Below are positions 31,049 through 42,241 of a stretch of 64,000 nucleotides of DNA, piece by piece. The notes below the pieces were generated by a model. The model worked only from the letters and a program-made list of their open reading frames with translations, made no database searches and was not told the origin of the DNA. The translations under genes and the position numbers were made by a program. The DNA lies in IMG/VR virus record IMGVR_UViG_3300023199_000204, positions 248,001 through 312,000 of that record; one strand, given 5' to 3'. Each line of letters starts with the position of its first letter. Positions within the stretch are counted from its first letter, which is position 1.

Positions 31049-31195
31049 GCCTCCGTGGTGTTAATGGCTTAGCACACTGGATTTTGCGAAAGACATTTGG
31101 TATGTAGATGTTAGAGGCAACTCTTTGGTCTAAGTGAGTTCGATTCTCACCTTTCGCGTAATCCATGAAGTGTGGGTTCGAATCCTACCGGGGCT
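31049..31195 (+). tRNA. tRNA-Lys(UUU) interrupted in the anticodon by a 73-nt tRNA-like insert
   Basis: GCCTCCG..GTGT/GCAC D arm; removing 31086-31158 gives CTGGA-TTTTTAA-TCCAT; T arm GTGGG-TTCGAAT-CCTAC; 3' acceptor G-run one base short. Confidence 0.72.
31086..31158 (+). ncRNA. nested tRNA-like element without a canonical anticodon loop
   Basis: Perfect GCGAAAG/CTTTCGC+G, D-like ATTT/AGAT, perfect GTGAG-TTCGATT-CTCAC. Confidence 0.8.
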
Positions 31196-32114
31196 ATAAA
31201 ATAGATTAGATAAGAGGATTTAGTTAATATTTATTATTAAAAGGAAAGGAAAAAATGAAAAGTAAAATTTTATCAGTTGTATTGTCAGTTTGTTTGTTAA
31301 TTGGAACGGTATTTGCGACTTCTGCCTGTGGAGACGACTTAGTTGTTAATGGAAAAAACATATAAAACCAAAGGTATTTTTACTCAAGATGAAAAAGACC
31401 CTTGTATTAAATATAGTTTAATTGCTGGAAATGTTGCTTGGGCAATTATATTTTTTGGAACAGCAGTTGCTCCAGTTTATTTTTTTGGATTTTCTTTATG
31501 GGAGCCAGCGAGAGTTAAGTCAGAATGCGAAAAGAAATAAAGTCTCCAAAAATAGGAATGGGAGCAACCATTCAACTTTGGTCAGATAGAATTGCTGGAA
31601 CAATCGTGAGAATTACAAAAACTAAAAAGACAATCTTTATTCAAGAAGATGCGGCATCAAGAATTGATAGAAACGGAATAAGTGAAAGCCAAAGATATGA
31701 ATATACTCCAAATTCTAAAGGAAATGTATATCGTGCTTCTTTAAGAAAATATGGAAGGTTTAGAGTATCAAAAACCAATGAATTAGTTAGTATTAGAGTA
31801 AGACGCAAGTTTTACGATTATTTTTTTTAAGGACATTATGGGAAGATTAAAAGTAGCTAGTTATATTGAAGAGTGGTTGAAATTAGAATGCCCACACTGT
31901 GAAGAGTCAAATTGGCTTCAATCATCATTTGGAGACATATTAGACCCTGATGTTGATGCGATTAGATGCCTATCCTGTAAAGAGTTGTTTCTTGTTTGTG
32001 AAAGAGAGGAATGGGAGAGTGAAGATAATTTATACATAGAAGATGGAGTGACTGATCCGTCTGAAATAAAAGAGTTAGATTTTTATAATGAAGAGATTTG
32101 GAATGATTAAATAA

Positions 32115-32187
32115 GGGTTTGTGGTGTCAATGTAGCATATTCGCCTCTTAAGCGAAAAGGTGATGGGTTCAAGTCCCTCCGAGCCTA
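32115..32187 (+). tRNA. tRNA-Lys(CUU)
   Basis: GGGTTTG/CGAGCCT, TTCGC-CTCTTAA-GCGAA. Confidence 0.85.
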
Positions 32188-32859
32188 CAATAATTGAAAG
32201 GAGAAAAATGAAAGATTTGAAAGACTATTCAATCGAAGATTTACAAAAAGAAATTAATAGAAGGGAAAAGTTAAGTAGTGTTCCAGAATTGATTGAAAAT
32301 CCTGATTTTTCCAATGCGATAAGGGAAGCAGAAGAAATCATCAACTCAGTGTTGGTAAATGATGGGCGTCCTGGGAAGGATTATAAAAATGGTATTTTCT
32401 CAGAAATAATGAAGGCATTATATGGACCAAGCTTTTTTTTGAATGGTGGAACAGTAATGTGAGGCATTAATGTTTGGAGTTAAAAGTGTTTCAGCATTAG
32501 TTCTTAACGAACTCATCCAAACTCAAGATGAGTATGTAAGAAAAAAAGCTTTGTCAAGGATACACAAAAGCATTAAGAGGCTTAAAAATATATTTGATGA
32601 ACTTGAAGGTATAAAAAACAGAAATGTATTTGATGATCTTTATTTTTCAACATAGGAGGCTATACTTGATAAAGTATTAGATGATAAGTGTATTCCATAT
32701 AAGGTAGCATCATATATTCATACAACATTAACTTCTTATATTAGAAGTAGAAGAAGAGAGATATATCTTAAAAATTATTTTGTTAAGAAGAAAAGGGGTA
32801 GGAAGAGATTAATAAACAAGACCAAAAAACATTTGGAAGAATATGAAAGTTATATAAAT

Positions 32860-32933
32860 TCAGCTGTCTTCTAACTGGATAAGATCCCTGGCTTTGAACT
32901 AGGGCAATGTGGGTTCGAATCCCATTATTCCCG
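32860..32933 (+). pseudogene. tRNA-Gln(UUG) body with non-complementary acceptor strands
   Basis: Good D, anticodon (CCTGG-CTTTGAA-CTAGG) and T arms, but TCAGCTG vs TATTCCC. Confidence 0.6.
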
Positions 32934-33005
32934 TCACAGGAAGCTCAAAGTCGCGAGCAGCTCACTTACGGGCGAGGTTGATGGTTTAGCGCCCATCCCT
33001 GTCAC
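32934..33005 (+). pseudogene. degenerate tRNA (Val UAC-like)
   Basis: TCACAGG/CCTGTCA, GCTC/GAGC D stem, broken anticodon stem and T loop. Confidence 0.45.
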
Positions 33006-33008
33006 TCT

Positions 33009-33092
33009 GCCCCTATGACGGAATTGGTGAGACGTGCGCGATTCAAAATCCCGTGCCCTAGAGGTGTGTAGGTTCGAATCCTACTAGGGGTA
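33009..33092 (+). tRNA. tRNA-Leu(CAA)
   Basis: GCCCCTA/TAGGGGT, loop TT-CAA-AA, long variable arm. Confidence 0.85.
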
Positions 33093-34410
33093 TAAAAAAG
33101 AAAGGAGAAAAATGAGACTTACGAAAAAAGATAGATTTATAGTTTCCTGCGAAAATCCCTGTTTTGAGTTCTCAGACACAGAGATAAAAGAATCATATGA
33201 AAAAGCCAAAGGACATTATTGGAGGGATGATGAACAAGAAGAGTATGTTTCTGTTTGTCCAGTTGGGAGGGCAGAAAAATTTGAGTATTTCTCATCATCT
33301 GATGAATTAAATGACTTAAAGTTTAGAAAGCAAGTAAGAAAAGCAGCCTCTTTATGGTCAATGGGAGAATATAATAAAGCTAATAAAATATTTGAAACTT
33401 CATTTAATTTACATTACAACAGTGAGTAAAAACATTATGAAGTTGTTAATAGAGACCTTGCTGATGCTATGATATAAAATGGTTTGGAAATAATATTGTT
33501 AGAATATTTGGTGCCCAGAACAGAAAGGATTTATTTATAATGAGAATGAAAAAGAGAGACGCATATAGAAGGCATATTGAAAAAATGATTAATTAAATTG
33601 AAAATAAATCTCACGGCTTAAAAGATGTAAATTATGGGAATAGATTATTTATGGAAATAGATGGACGTTTCATTATTGCTTGGATCAATAAATTTTACGA
33701 CATTAAAGGAAATAATGGTAAAGAAGACTAGCGAAGGAATGTTATAAATTAAAGAGAGGAAAAAATGAGTGTATGGCATAGAGCTTATTTATATTTAGGA
33801 TGGCATTTAAATTATAAGGAAGAATATGAACTTGTTAAATATTTAAGAAAAAGATCTTATGAACTTTATGATAATCAGGAAGAAGTTAAATTAGACTGTG
33901 TTGATGATTGTATGTGTGCTCGCTATTTTGTTATAGGTAAAAAAATACAAATGGTCGCTAGTGAAGATGAGAACAAGTTTTTTAATGTCGAATTACCTAA
34001 AGAAAAAGACTATAGTGAAGTGGTAGAGATATTAAAAGAAAAATATGAAGTAGATTTAGGAAGACCGGAATTATTTATGTTTTCTCACGGAGATTAAAAT
34101 GACTAGTAAAGAAAGTAAAAATCCTAAACCTAAAGCTAAAGCTAAAATTATTGCTTATTATGATTGGTATAAGGTAGCAGAATATATTTGTGATAAATAT
34201 GAGGACGTTAGTTATGATGATTTAGAGAATTATAGAATTGAACTTCACGATATTAATTCGGCCGGAAATGGCGTAATGGCTAAGGTAGATGATTATTATT
34301 TTAAATTTGAAGAAAATGAAAATAATCGCAGAGTTATTAAACATATACTTGATGAATTTAGTAAAGAAGAAAATAGAAAAGTTATGGTTAAAATAGAATG
34401 GTAGAACAAA

Positions 34411-34483
34411 CGGTCCATAGTTTAATTGGTTAAAACAAGGTCCTGATAAGACTTAGCCGAAAGTTCGAATCTTTCTGGACCGA
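34411..34483 (+). tRNA. tRNA-Ile(GAU)
   Basis: CGGTCCA/TGGACCG, AGGTC-CTGATAA-GACTT. Confidence 0.9.
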
Positions 34484-34914
34484 TAGGAGAGTATATGGTT
34501 TTAAGAAAATATGTTGTAGTAAGTGAAATGCTTACAAGAACGGAATGGGTAGAGTATCCCGTAGCGGGCTATGAAGAATGTTATCATATCTATAATGTTG
34601 TTGAGGCAGAAAGTCACGCAAAAGCAAAATGGAAAGTTTGGAAAAACTCTGATGATTATAAAAAATATGGTGGATATGATATAAGAGATATGCCGAAATT
34701 TTCTATAAAATTATATAAAGAAGAGTTTAATGATTAAATAATCAAGAAATGGTTCTGATTTGAAAGTTGAACTGAAGGCTGATTGAAAGGATTAAATAAC
34801 ATCGCATTGGGCTGACCAAAAAACGCAGCTGGGTTAAAGCTCCCGGCAGGTTTAATCTAAGTAGATGTTAGTATGAAAGATTAGTAGATGTTCCGAGTAT
34901 TGATTATTAAAGAC

Positions 34915-35001
34915 ATTCCGATAGTTTAATGGCAAAAACGCCCGCACCCAGCACAATGCGATTTGAAGCGGGAGATGTTGGTTCGAGTCCGACAGAGTTT
35001 G
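34915..35001 (+). pseudogene. tRNA pseudogene with a 22-nt anticodon loop
   Basis: D arm, CCCGC/GCGGG stem and T arm intact; acceptor unpaired; 15 extra loop nt. Confidence 0.55.
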
Positions 35002-35005
35002 TTGA

Positions 35006-35078
35006 ACACTGATAGCATAACGGTTAATGCCCTCGCCTGATGAGTGAGCGAATGTAGGTTCAAATCCTACTCAGTGTA
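35006..35078 (+). tRNA. tRNA-Ile(GAU), second copy, G37
   Basis: ACACTGA/TCAGTGT, CTCGC-CTGATGA-GTGAG. Confidence 0.85.
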
Positions 35079-36475
35079 TAATAAAGAGAGGTTGTAATAA
35101 TAATATTTAAAGCGGTAGTTAACGCAACTAAACAGGTTGAAGACATTTGGAAATGTAAAGTTATAAAAACTTTTATTGTCCAAAAAGGAGATATATTTGT
35201 TATTTATAGTGAAACCGATGATGGAATTACGATGATGAATTATAGCTCCGTTTATAATGGAGAAATTACAAATGACATCTGTTTTAATTAGTGATCTAGA
35301 ATATTTTAATATAAATGATTCTAAAAAATCAATAGAAATTTTAAAAAGAAATAATATTCCAAAGTTAAAAGAAAGTGATATAAAGTTCGATTTCAGTGTA
35401 GGACATAGAGATGGTCCAGCAACAGGCATCTGCTCTGCTAATGGAAAAAAATGTTGGTTCGAAAGAGTAAACGAAGGCTATGTTAAATACAATGATGGTG
35501 AATTCATATTAAGATTATATGTTATTGTTCCAATTTCAGATAAAGAATATCAAAAAGAATTGGAAATTCATAATATTTTTAAGAAGAACGTAGGAAAGCA
35601 CACAACTTATAAGTCAGACGGGAAAACACGATACAAAGTAGATGGCATTTTAGTTTCGTTAATAAAAACTTTGCTTGGAAGAAAAAGAAGTAAATATTAT
35701 AATAATCCAGAGGTTAGGAAGTTTCAGCAAGAAGTAAATTATGACCATCGAGCAATAATTGGTTGGTGGATTGAAGAGGTCCCGTATTATAGGTGGTTAA
35801 AATGATTTTTAAAAAAAATTGAAACTAAAAAAAAGCGAAAGAAAATATATTTAATATTTTAAAAAGTTATAATGAAAAGCTCTGGAAGAACTATGATTAT
35901 GATATATCAGTTAATAAGGATAAAAAAGAAATAAGAATAATAGTTAGTTGTATATATAGATTAGGAAATTTTGTATCTTTTGAGCTACTTTCGAGATTTT
36001 CAGATATGTTTAATACCAAGAAAATTAAACTAATTGATGCGAATTATACATTAGGATGTGAAAGTTGTGATTATGGGTCAAGTGATGAAATAACTATTTT
36101 AATAGAGGGAGCAGAAGTTTAAATGAAATACATAATATTAATAATTTTAGCTTTATTGATTGCTGATGCTGGAACGTATTATTTAAGTACGGAAAGAAAA
36201 CAAGTGAGCCTTTCTTATATTAGCATTTATAAACTTTATTCTAAAATTAGAAACATAAATCCCAGTAAATGGAAAGAAGAGAAGTTTCTAGAATACAGCG
36301 TAAGTATCAAGTCTCATACAATAAGGTTAGGAAAATATAAATTATATTTTGATGGTTCAATAATAAGGACCAGTTTGCTTCAAACATTTATGTTTGGCTC
36401 CTTATATAATGATATTGAAGATCATTACAATCCTGGAAAAATAAATGTTAAAAAATCAATGAAAAAAGTTCTGGA

Positions 36476-36742
36476 ATGAAAAAATATTTTGTTTATATAG
36501 TTAGGTCATCAAAGGATAAATTATATACTGGAATAGCGATTGATGTAGAGGATAGGATTAAGACACATAATAAGGGAAAAGGTTCAAAAGCTTTAAGGGG
36601 GCAATTACCAGTAAAACTTTGTTGGGAATATGGACCAATTGATAAATCACAAGCAATGAAGATTGAAACAGCAATTAAAAGGCTGCCTCAGTTTGTGAAA
36701 GATGCTATTGTAGGAGGCAAGAAAGTTTATGGCAACTGTTAG
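36476..36742 (+). CDS. GIY-YIG nuclease (UPF0213-like)
   Basis: YFVYIVRS..LYTGIA..RIKTHN.GKGSKA. Confidence 0.85.
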   Translation: MKKYFVYIVRSSKDKLYTGIAIDVEDRIKTHNKGKGSKALRGQLPVKLCWEYGPIDKSQAMKIETAIKRLPQFVKDAIVGGKKVYGNC

Positions 36743-37119
36743 AATGGAAGCAACCAGAGTTTATTATTTAACTGAAATATGGTTAAAAGAATATAAATAA
36801 GGCATTAATTCCCAATACAATCAGCATATCGATAATATTATAAAATTAAAAAATTCATCAAAAATACGTCGTTTATTTAAACTTACTAATTGGAACAGAA
36901 ACCGTGCCATTTCTTATCTAGATAAAAAAAACTATGTTTAGTGATTATAAAGATTATCTTCATTATAGATATAAAAATTATTTATGGATAGATATAAAAG
37001 AATTACATAGAACATCTTATAAATTAAAATCACAAGATATAATTGATGTTCCTATAAAGCTAGTAAATGAAATTCTTAATTTAGAAGAAAGCAATAATAA
37101 TGATAGTATATATAGATAA

Positions 37120-37191
37120 TCTCCTGTAGCTCAGAGGTAGAGCGGTCGCCTGTTAAGTGAATGGTCGCAAGTTCGAATCTTGCCGGGAGAG
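37120..37191 (+). tRNA. tRNA-Asn(GUU), second copy
   Basis: TCTCCTG/CGGGAGA, loop CT-GTT-AA. Confidence 0.82.
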
Positions 37192-37600
37192 CTTAAATGA
37201 AAGGAGAAATAAAACGTATAAAGTAGATAGTTTTAAAATTACGGTTAATACAAAAAAAGCTATTGAGTTCATTGGAGAAAAACAGAGAAGAACATTTAAA
37301 AGAGTATCAGGAGCTTCAAGAACTTTTTCTTAAAAAAGTTTTATCTGAGTTTAAAAAGAGGAGTAAGATAATCTTAAAAACAACGCCACAGAGCATTAAT
37401 AATGATGAGTTGTTAAGATTTAATAATATAATTATTCCTAGGTCTTATATAAAAGAATATGATGACGTAATATCTATGCTTGAATTTACTTTACAAGAAT
37501 CAGTGGAAATAACTGGTGAGCAATATAAATCTTGGATAAAGAATGAATGGAATTGGATGAGCACTTTTAAGAATACTTTGGAAAGTTATAAGGCAGTAAG

Positions 37601-38020
37601 ATGAAAACTAATGTTAATCTATATATTAAGTGTATGAGAACTGGAAAAGTTCTGGGCGTGACAAAAGGTGTTGGAACAAATAATTGGAATTTACCTGGCG
37701 GAAAGCTTGAAGAAAACGAAGACTTTATAAGTGGAGCTTTTAGAGAAGTTAAAGAAGAAACGGGAGTTGATTTTAACCGACCAAGCGTAGGTTATACTTG
37801 GGATCCCATTCCTTTTATATCTCTTTGTAAGGCTCAGGATGATGGTGATGTTGAGTATGTTTTAGTATTTTGGGGGATACTATGTGATTCGAAATTCTTT
37901 GAGCCGATGTCCTCATCAGAGGGCGATGCTGCTTGAATTGATAAAGAACTACTGCTTGATGGTAGGTTTAAAGAAGTAAATAAACTTGTTATTGAACATT
38001 TTAAAGGATTTGTAAGTTAA
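37601..38020 (+). CDS. Nudix hydrolase with in-frame TGA at 37934
   Basis: Nudix box GGKLEENEDFISGAFREVKEETG; frame stays open after the TGA (EGDAA*IDKELL...) to TAA 38020. Confidence 0.75.
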
Positions 38021-38439
38021 TGAATAATCCATATAAGAGTGAACTTGAGGCGGCACATAATAGAATTCAAGCTCTTGAAAAAGAGCTTAATTTTAAAAAA
38101 AATAAAGCCCCTTTAAAAACAAAGAAAAAGATAACAATGAGCAAGAAAACAATTTCCTTTCTAAAAAGAAACTACAAGATTATGATTTTTTGTTTTGCCG
38201 CACTATCTGTTTTTTTATGTTTTACTTTTGGAAATTCCAGAGCAAAAATTGAAAGTTGTTATACAAACCTTACGCATGAAAGTTGCTCAAAAATATGTGA
38301 AAGGAATGGGAAAACAAAATTAATCGGCGGAGAGTGGACGATAAAAAATCTTTCGGCAAACTGTTTTTGTTATTATGAAGACGGATCTTTTAAGAAAAAA
38401 AAAATAACTTGGATTAATAAAAAACTATGTAATAAATAA

Positions 38440-38514
38440 GCTAGTGTAGCTTAGTTTGGCAAAAGCACCTCGGTGGTATTGAGGAAATTAGGAGTTCGAG
38501 TCTCCTCGCTAGCT
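38440..38514 (+). tRNA. tRNA-Thr(GGU) with atypical loop GT-GGT-AT
   Basis: GCTAGTG/CGCTAGC, CCTCG/TGAGG stem. Confidence 0.75.
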
Positions 38515-38551
38515 CTAGCTAATTCATAATTTTAAAAGGAAGGAAGATAAT

Positions 38552-38995
38552 ATGAAGTGTATAAAACACCCTCATTATACTGTATCTAGAAAGCCGACAT
38601 CTGGGTGTGAAGATTGTTTAAGAATTTTTATACAAACAAAAACCGCATTTAAAAATGACGTTAATTCCCTTTTAGACAAAATAGATTTGTCTAACACAGA
38701 AACAGCTAAATGCTTAGATGTTTCGCCTCAAACTTTGAAAAGATGGAAAGAAGGAAAAAGCATGCCTTCAGAAAGATTTAGAGATGATATTCTTTTTTAT
38801 TTAGAACGAGTGTCCCAAGGGAATTATAACAAAACTTTAAAAGAGCATTTGGCTAAAATCGAAGAAGATAAAAAAGCTGAAGAAGATAAAGTTAAAAGAA
38901 AAGAAATGATAAACTATTTTTCTGTTTGGAAAGAGGGAGAGCTTGTTTCAAAAGACGATCTTATTGAGAACCTTTTAGAAGAAAGAATAGATTAA
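38552..38995 (+). CDS. Cro/C1-type HTH protein with N-terminal Cys/His cluster
   Basis: LSNTETAKCLDVSPQTLKRWKEGKSMP. Confidence 0.7.
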   Translation: MKCIKHPHYTVSRKPTSGCEDCLRIFIQTKTAFKNDVNSLLDKIDLSNTETAKCLDVSPQTLKRWKEGKSMPSERFRDDILFYLERVSQGNYNKTLKEHLAKIEEDKKAEEDKVKRKEMINYFSVWKEGELVSKDDLIENLLEERID

Positions 38996-39033
38996 AGGAG
39001 ATATTAATGTGGAAACTTATTGTAAGATGGGGA

Positions 39034-39068
39034 ACTTCTTCTAGTTAAGTTATTTAACTAGAGGAGGT
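39034..39068 (+). promoter_or_regulatory. 15-bp hairpin that sequesters the GAGGAGG RBS of the next ORF
   Basis: ACTTCTTCTAGTTAA-GTTAT-TTAACTAGAGGAGGT; GTG start at 39074. Confidence 0.55.
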
Positions 39069-39703
39069 TTCAAGTGTATGAGATTAAAAAATCTGGAAAG
39101 TTTTATGTTCTTGATCGTAATAATAAACACACTGAGTTTATAAGTTATGAAGAACTACTTAAATGGTTAAGGAGGTTTAAACTACATTGTTTTCATTTAC
39201 CTAACTTTTTCCGTAAGAATGGTATTGGAAAAATTGATCGCGTTGGTAATAATTGGAATAATATTTGTATATTGCCTCAAAGAAAAGGAACTGGATGGAA
39301 AAAGTATAGTTTTTTTACAGAGAGGCACCCCCGTTGATTATATTGTTTTTGACGAATATTATCGGGTAATTAATACTGATGTCTTAATAAAAGATTTAGA
39401 AAATCTACCCGAGCCTAAATATTATTATAGAAAATGGAAATTTAAAAATAATAAAAATTGGCCAGGTTTTAGAAATGGTCCAGTTCCTTATACTGGGGTT
39501 AAAAGATTTAGATTTAGCTCTTATTATAAAAGTCCTAGAACTACATCAGAAAGAAGATATGTATATGCTCATCCTGAATATGTAAGACCAAAAAGAGGGA
39601 TTAGAGCATTACCAAATGACTGGGATGACATACCAAAAGGGCGTCGCTCTCGTGGGTGGAAAGAACAGTCTAAAAAGAAAAGGCAGTGGATGAAATAATC
39701 ATC

Positions 39704-39776
39704 GCCCCTATGGTGTAACTGGATAGCATCTATCGCTACGAACGATAAGGTTTGGGTTCGAGTCCTAATAGGGGTT
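39704..39776 (+). tRNA. tRNA-Arg(ACG)
   Basis: GCCCCTA/TAGGGGT, TATCG-CTACGAA-CGATA. Confidence 0.9.
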
Positions 39777-40634
39777 TTTTAAAAGGAGAAAGATATGAAA
39801 AAGTATATTCTTGGAGAAATGTGGCTTGATGAAAATCTTGGTATAAGATATATTTAGGAACCGTTTAACTCTACTTATCTAGAAGTTATTACAATAAGTA
39901 AAAAAGGAAAAGCCAAGGTTAGAAAGATAGTTCCTGATATGGCTTTAATATTACAAAATTTTGTTTCTCAAGCGAATGAGTTATTAAGAAAACATCAACT
40001 TTTTGAAAAGTCTTGTGAAGCTTTAGATGAAATAAAAGGTTTAAGACACCCTAAAAATGAAGAAGAAATAACTGAAGAACAACTGAAGTTTATAAAGTTA
40101 ATGACTGGTTCAGAGCTACCAGAGGCTGATTTATAATGCCAACTAAAGGAATGTATCAGGTGTGGTGGTGTGGCAGAGGGGAAGAATATTTTGATAGAGA
40201 GTTCAATAATTTTGAATCTGCCATACAATACATAAGATCAGAATGGGGCTATGGGGCTATCCACAGAAACTAATTCTGCCAGATGGGACTAATTATTCTT
40301 TTGACGAACCAGAATTTAATAATTATGTCGTTTTAAGTCTCTTTTCTTTAAAAGATGAAATATTAATTAATCCCAATACTAGGCAAGTTTATGTAATTAA
40401 TATAATTAATAAAGATAAAAGAGTATGGAAATATTTAAGAAACGCTAATAGAATTACTAATATTAGAGAGCGTATGGATGACTATATGAAAAATGTTAAT
40501 GCTAATGAAATTGTTGATCTTCTTTTAGATTATGATATGTTAGAACCAATTAGTTGTGGAATATCTTCTGGCGTAGAGGATATGAGGTTTACCCAAAGTG
40601 GAAGAAGAAAGAGAGGAGATTAAAAATAAATAAC

Positions 40635-40717
40635 GCATCCCGTTCCAGACGCCTGTCTTCTAAATAGGTTCCTTAATAGTTTGGGGGAGGTAAGAGGTTC
40701 GAGTCCTCCGGGGTGTT
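40635..40717 (+). tRNA. atypical tRNA-Arg(UCU): no D arm, long variable arm, 8/4 fold
   Basis: GCATCCCG/CGGGGTGT, CCTGT-CTTCTAA-ATAGG, 8-bp V stem, GAGG-TTCGAGT-CCTC. Confidence 0.62.
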
Positions 40718-42241
40718 TAAAAAAGAGAAAGATATGTCAATGAGAATTAAGCAACATAAGTTATTCATAGAGACTAAAAAAAAGAATTGAGGCTGGCTAC
40801 GATCTTCAAACAGAGGCAATGGTTTTGTCGGATAGGCTTATGGATATTGGAGATCCAGACAGAAGGGGAGAGTTTATAAAACACTCCATAATTATAGAAA
40901 CCTCTAATTCAAAACCTAGATTAAGAAAGTTAAAAAGAAAGGGAGAACAAATTTGGAAAACAAATGCTAAAAAGTGGTTTAATCTTCCTTTGAAAATAGA
41001 TTCTAATAAAGTAAAAGCACAAGGAAAGGTTTATACTAGTATAGATTGTCTTTTAATGTATGAATATGAAGTTGGAAAATCTGGAGTTCCGTTTTACCCA
41101 AATAAAGGCGATCCAGATAAACATTTAATGTTTATTGCTAATCAGAGATCTAATTGGAGAGCTTTAACTAATACTAGTAATTACTATACCTCCTTTCACG
41201 AAGAGTATATTTATATATTTATGAAAAGTGGTTTGGTAAATAAAATAATCTATACTCCTAAATTAAAAAAAACGGTAAATAAAATTCTAATAAAAGAGCC
41301 ACTATATACAGAAGAAAGGAAAATTTACATTAAAGATAATGGGCATTAATTATGTCACCAAATCCAGAAGTATATAAAAAATTTGAAGTTTTAAGGCATT
41401 ACGAAGACTTTATCGTTTCCCTCTTATATATTAAGAGGGATATTAGGAATGGGTTTAATTTAGGTAGAAAGAAAGAAGTAAAAAAAAGAAATAATTGTTT
41501 TAAATAAAAAGGATTTTTTTATATAAAAAGAAAATGTTCTGGAAGGAATTATTTTCAAAAATTGATAGTTATAATATTCCTTATAAAGACAGAAAAGAGA
41601 TTATAAAAAGAATAAGACAAGAAAGGTATTATCTTAAACTACCCCGTCCTGAAAATTGGGAACAGAGATATGGAAAAATAATAAGTTGGTGGGCAAAATG
41701 GGTAATAAGAAAAAAAATATAGATGATCCTTGTGTAAGCAACTACCGACTTGCGAGAGTTAATGATAAACACTGGGTTAAAAGATATTATTTACAACAGG
41801 ATAGGAGCTGTTGTGGAGTCTTTGATGTTAGGAAAATAGGACCAGATTTGCGTGTATATCTTATTGGATGTAATTATGGGCACTAATGGAGTAGGTAATG
41901 AATATAGAAGATTTAATAAAATTAATTGGGAAAGCATATGATTCATATTTTAACTTAGTTGTTAATTAATCTCAAGATAAATATTTGGCAAAAAGTTATT
42001 GTGAATGTTTCATTCTGCAAAATATAGATTAAAAATATATTTTGCCAAAAAAAGTATTCTTTGTTTTATAAAGAAGCGAGAAGAGGAGAGAAAATAAAAT
42101 GTTTATCAGAGTTGGATTCTTGCTTATATTCAGTTTTAAAATGCTTTAGAAAGTCAAGTGAAGAGGCATTTAAAATTATAAAATTGATTAAGAAATATTA
42201 TGAAAAGTTATATAAACATAAATTAAATTATAAAGGAGAGA

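Noticed and set aside
29116-31195. Group I or archaeal BHB introns in the Tyr and Lys tRNAs
   Set aside because: The inserts are only about 50 and 73 nt, lack the P3-P9 core, and sit at 35/36 without a bulge-helix-bulge. They fold as tRNA mimics.
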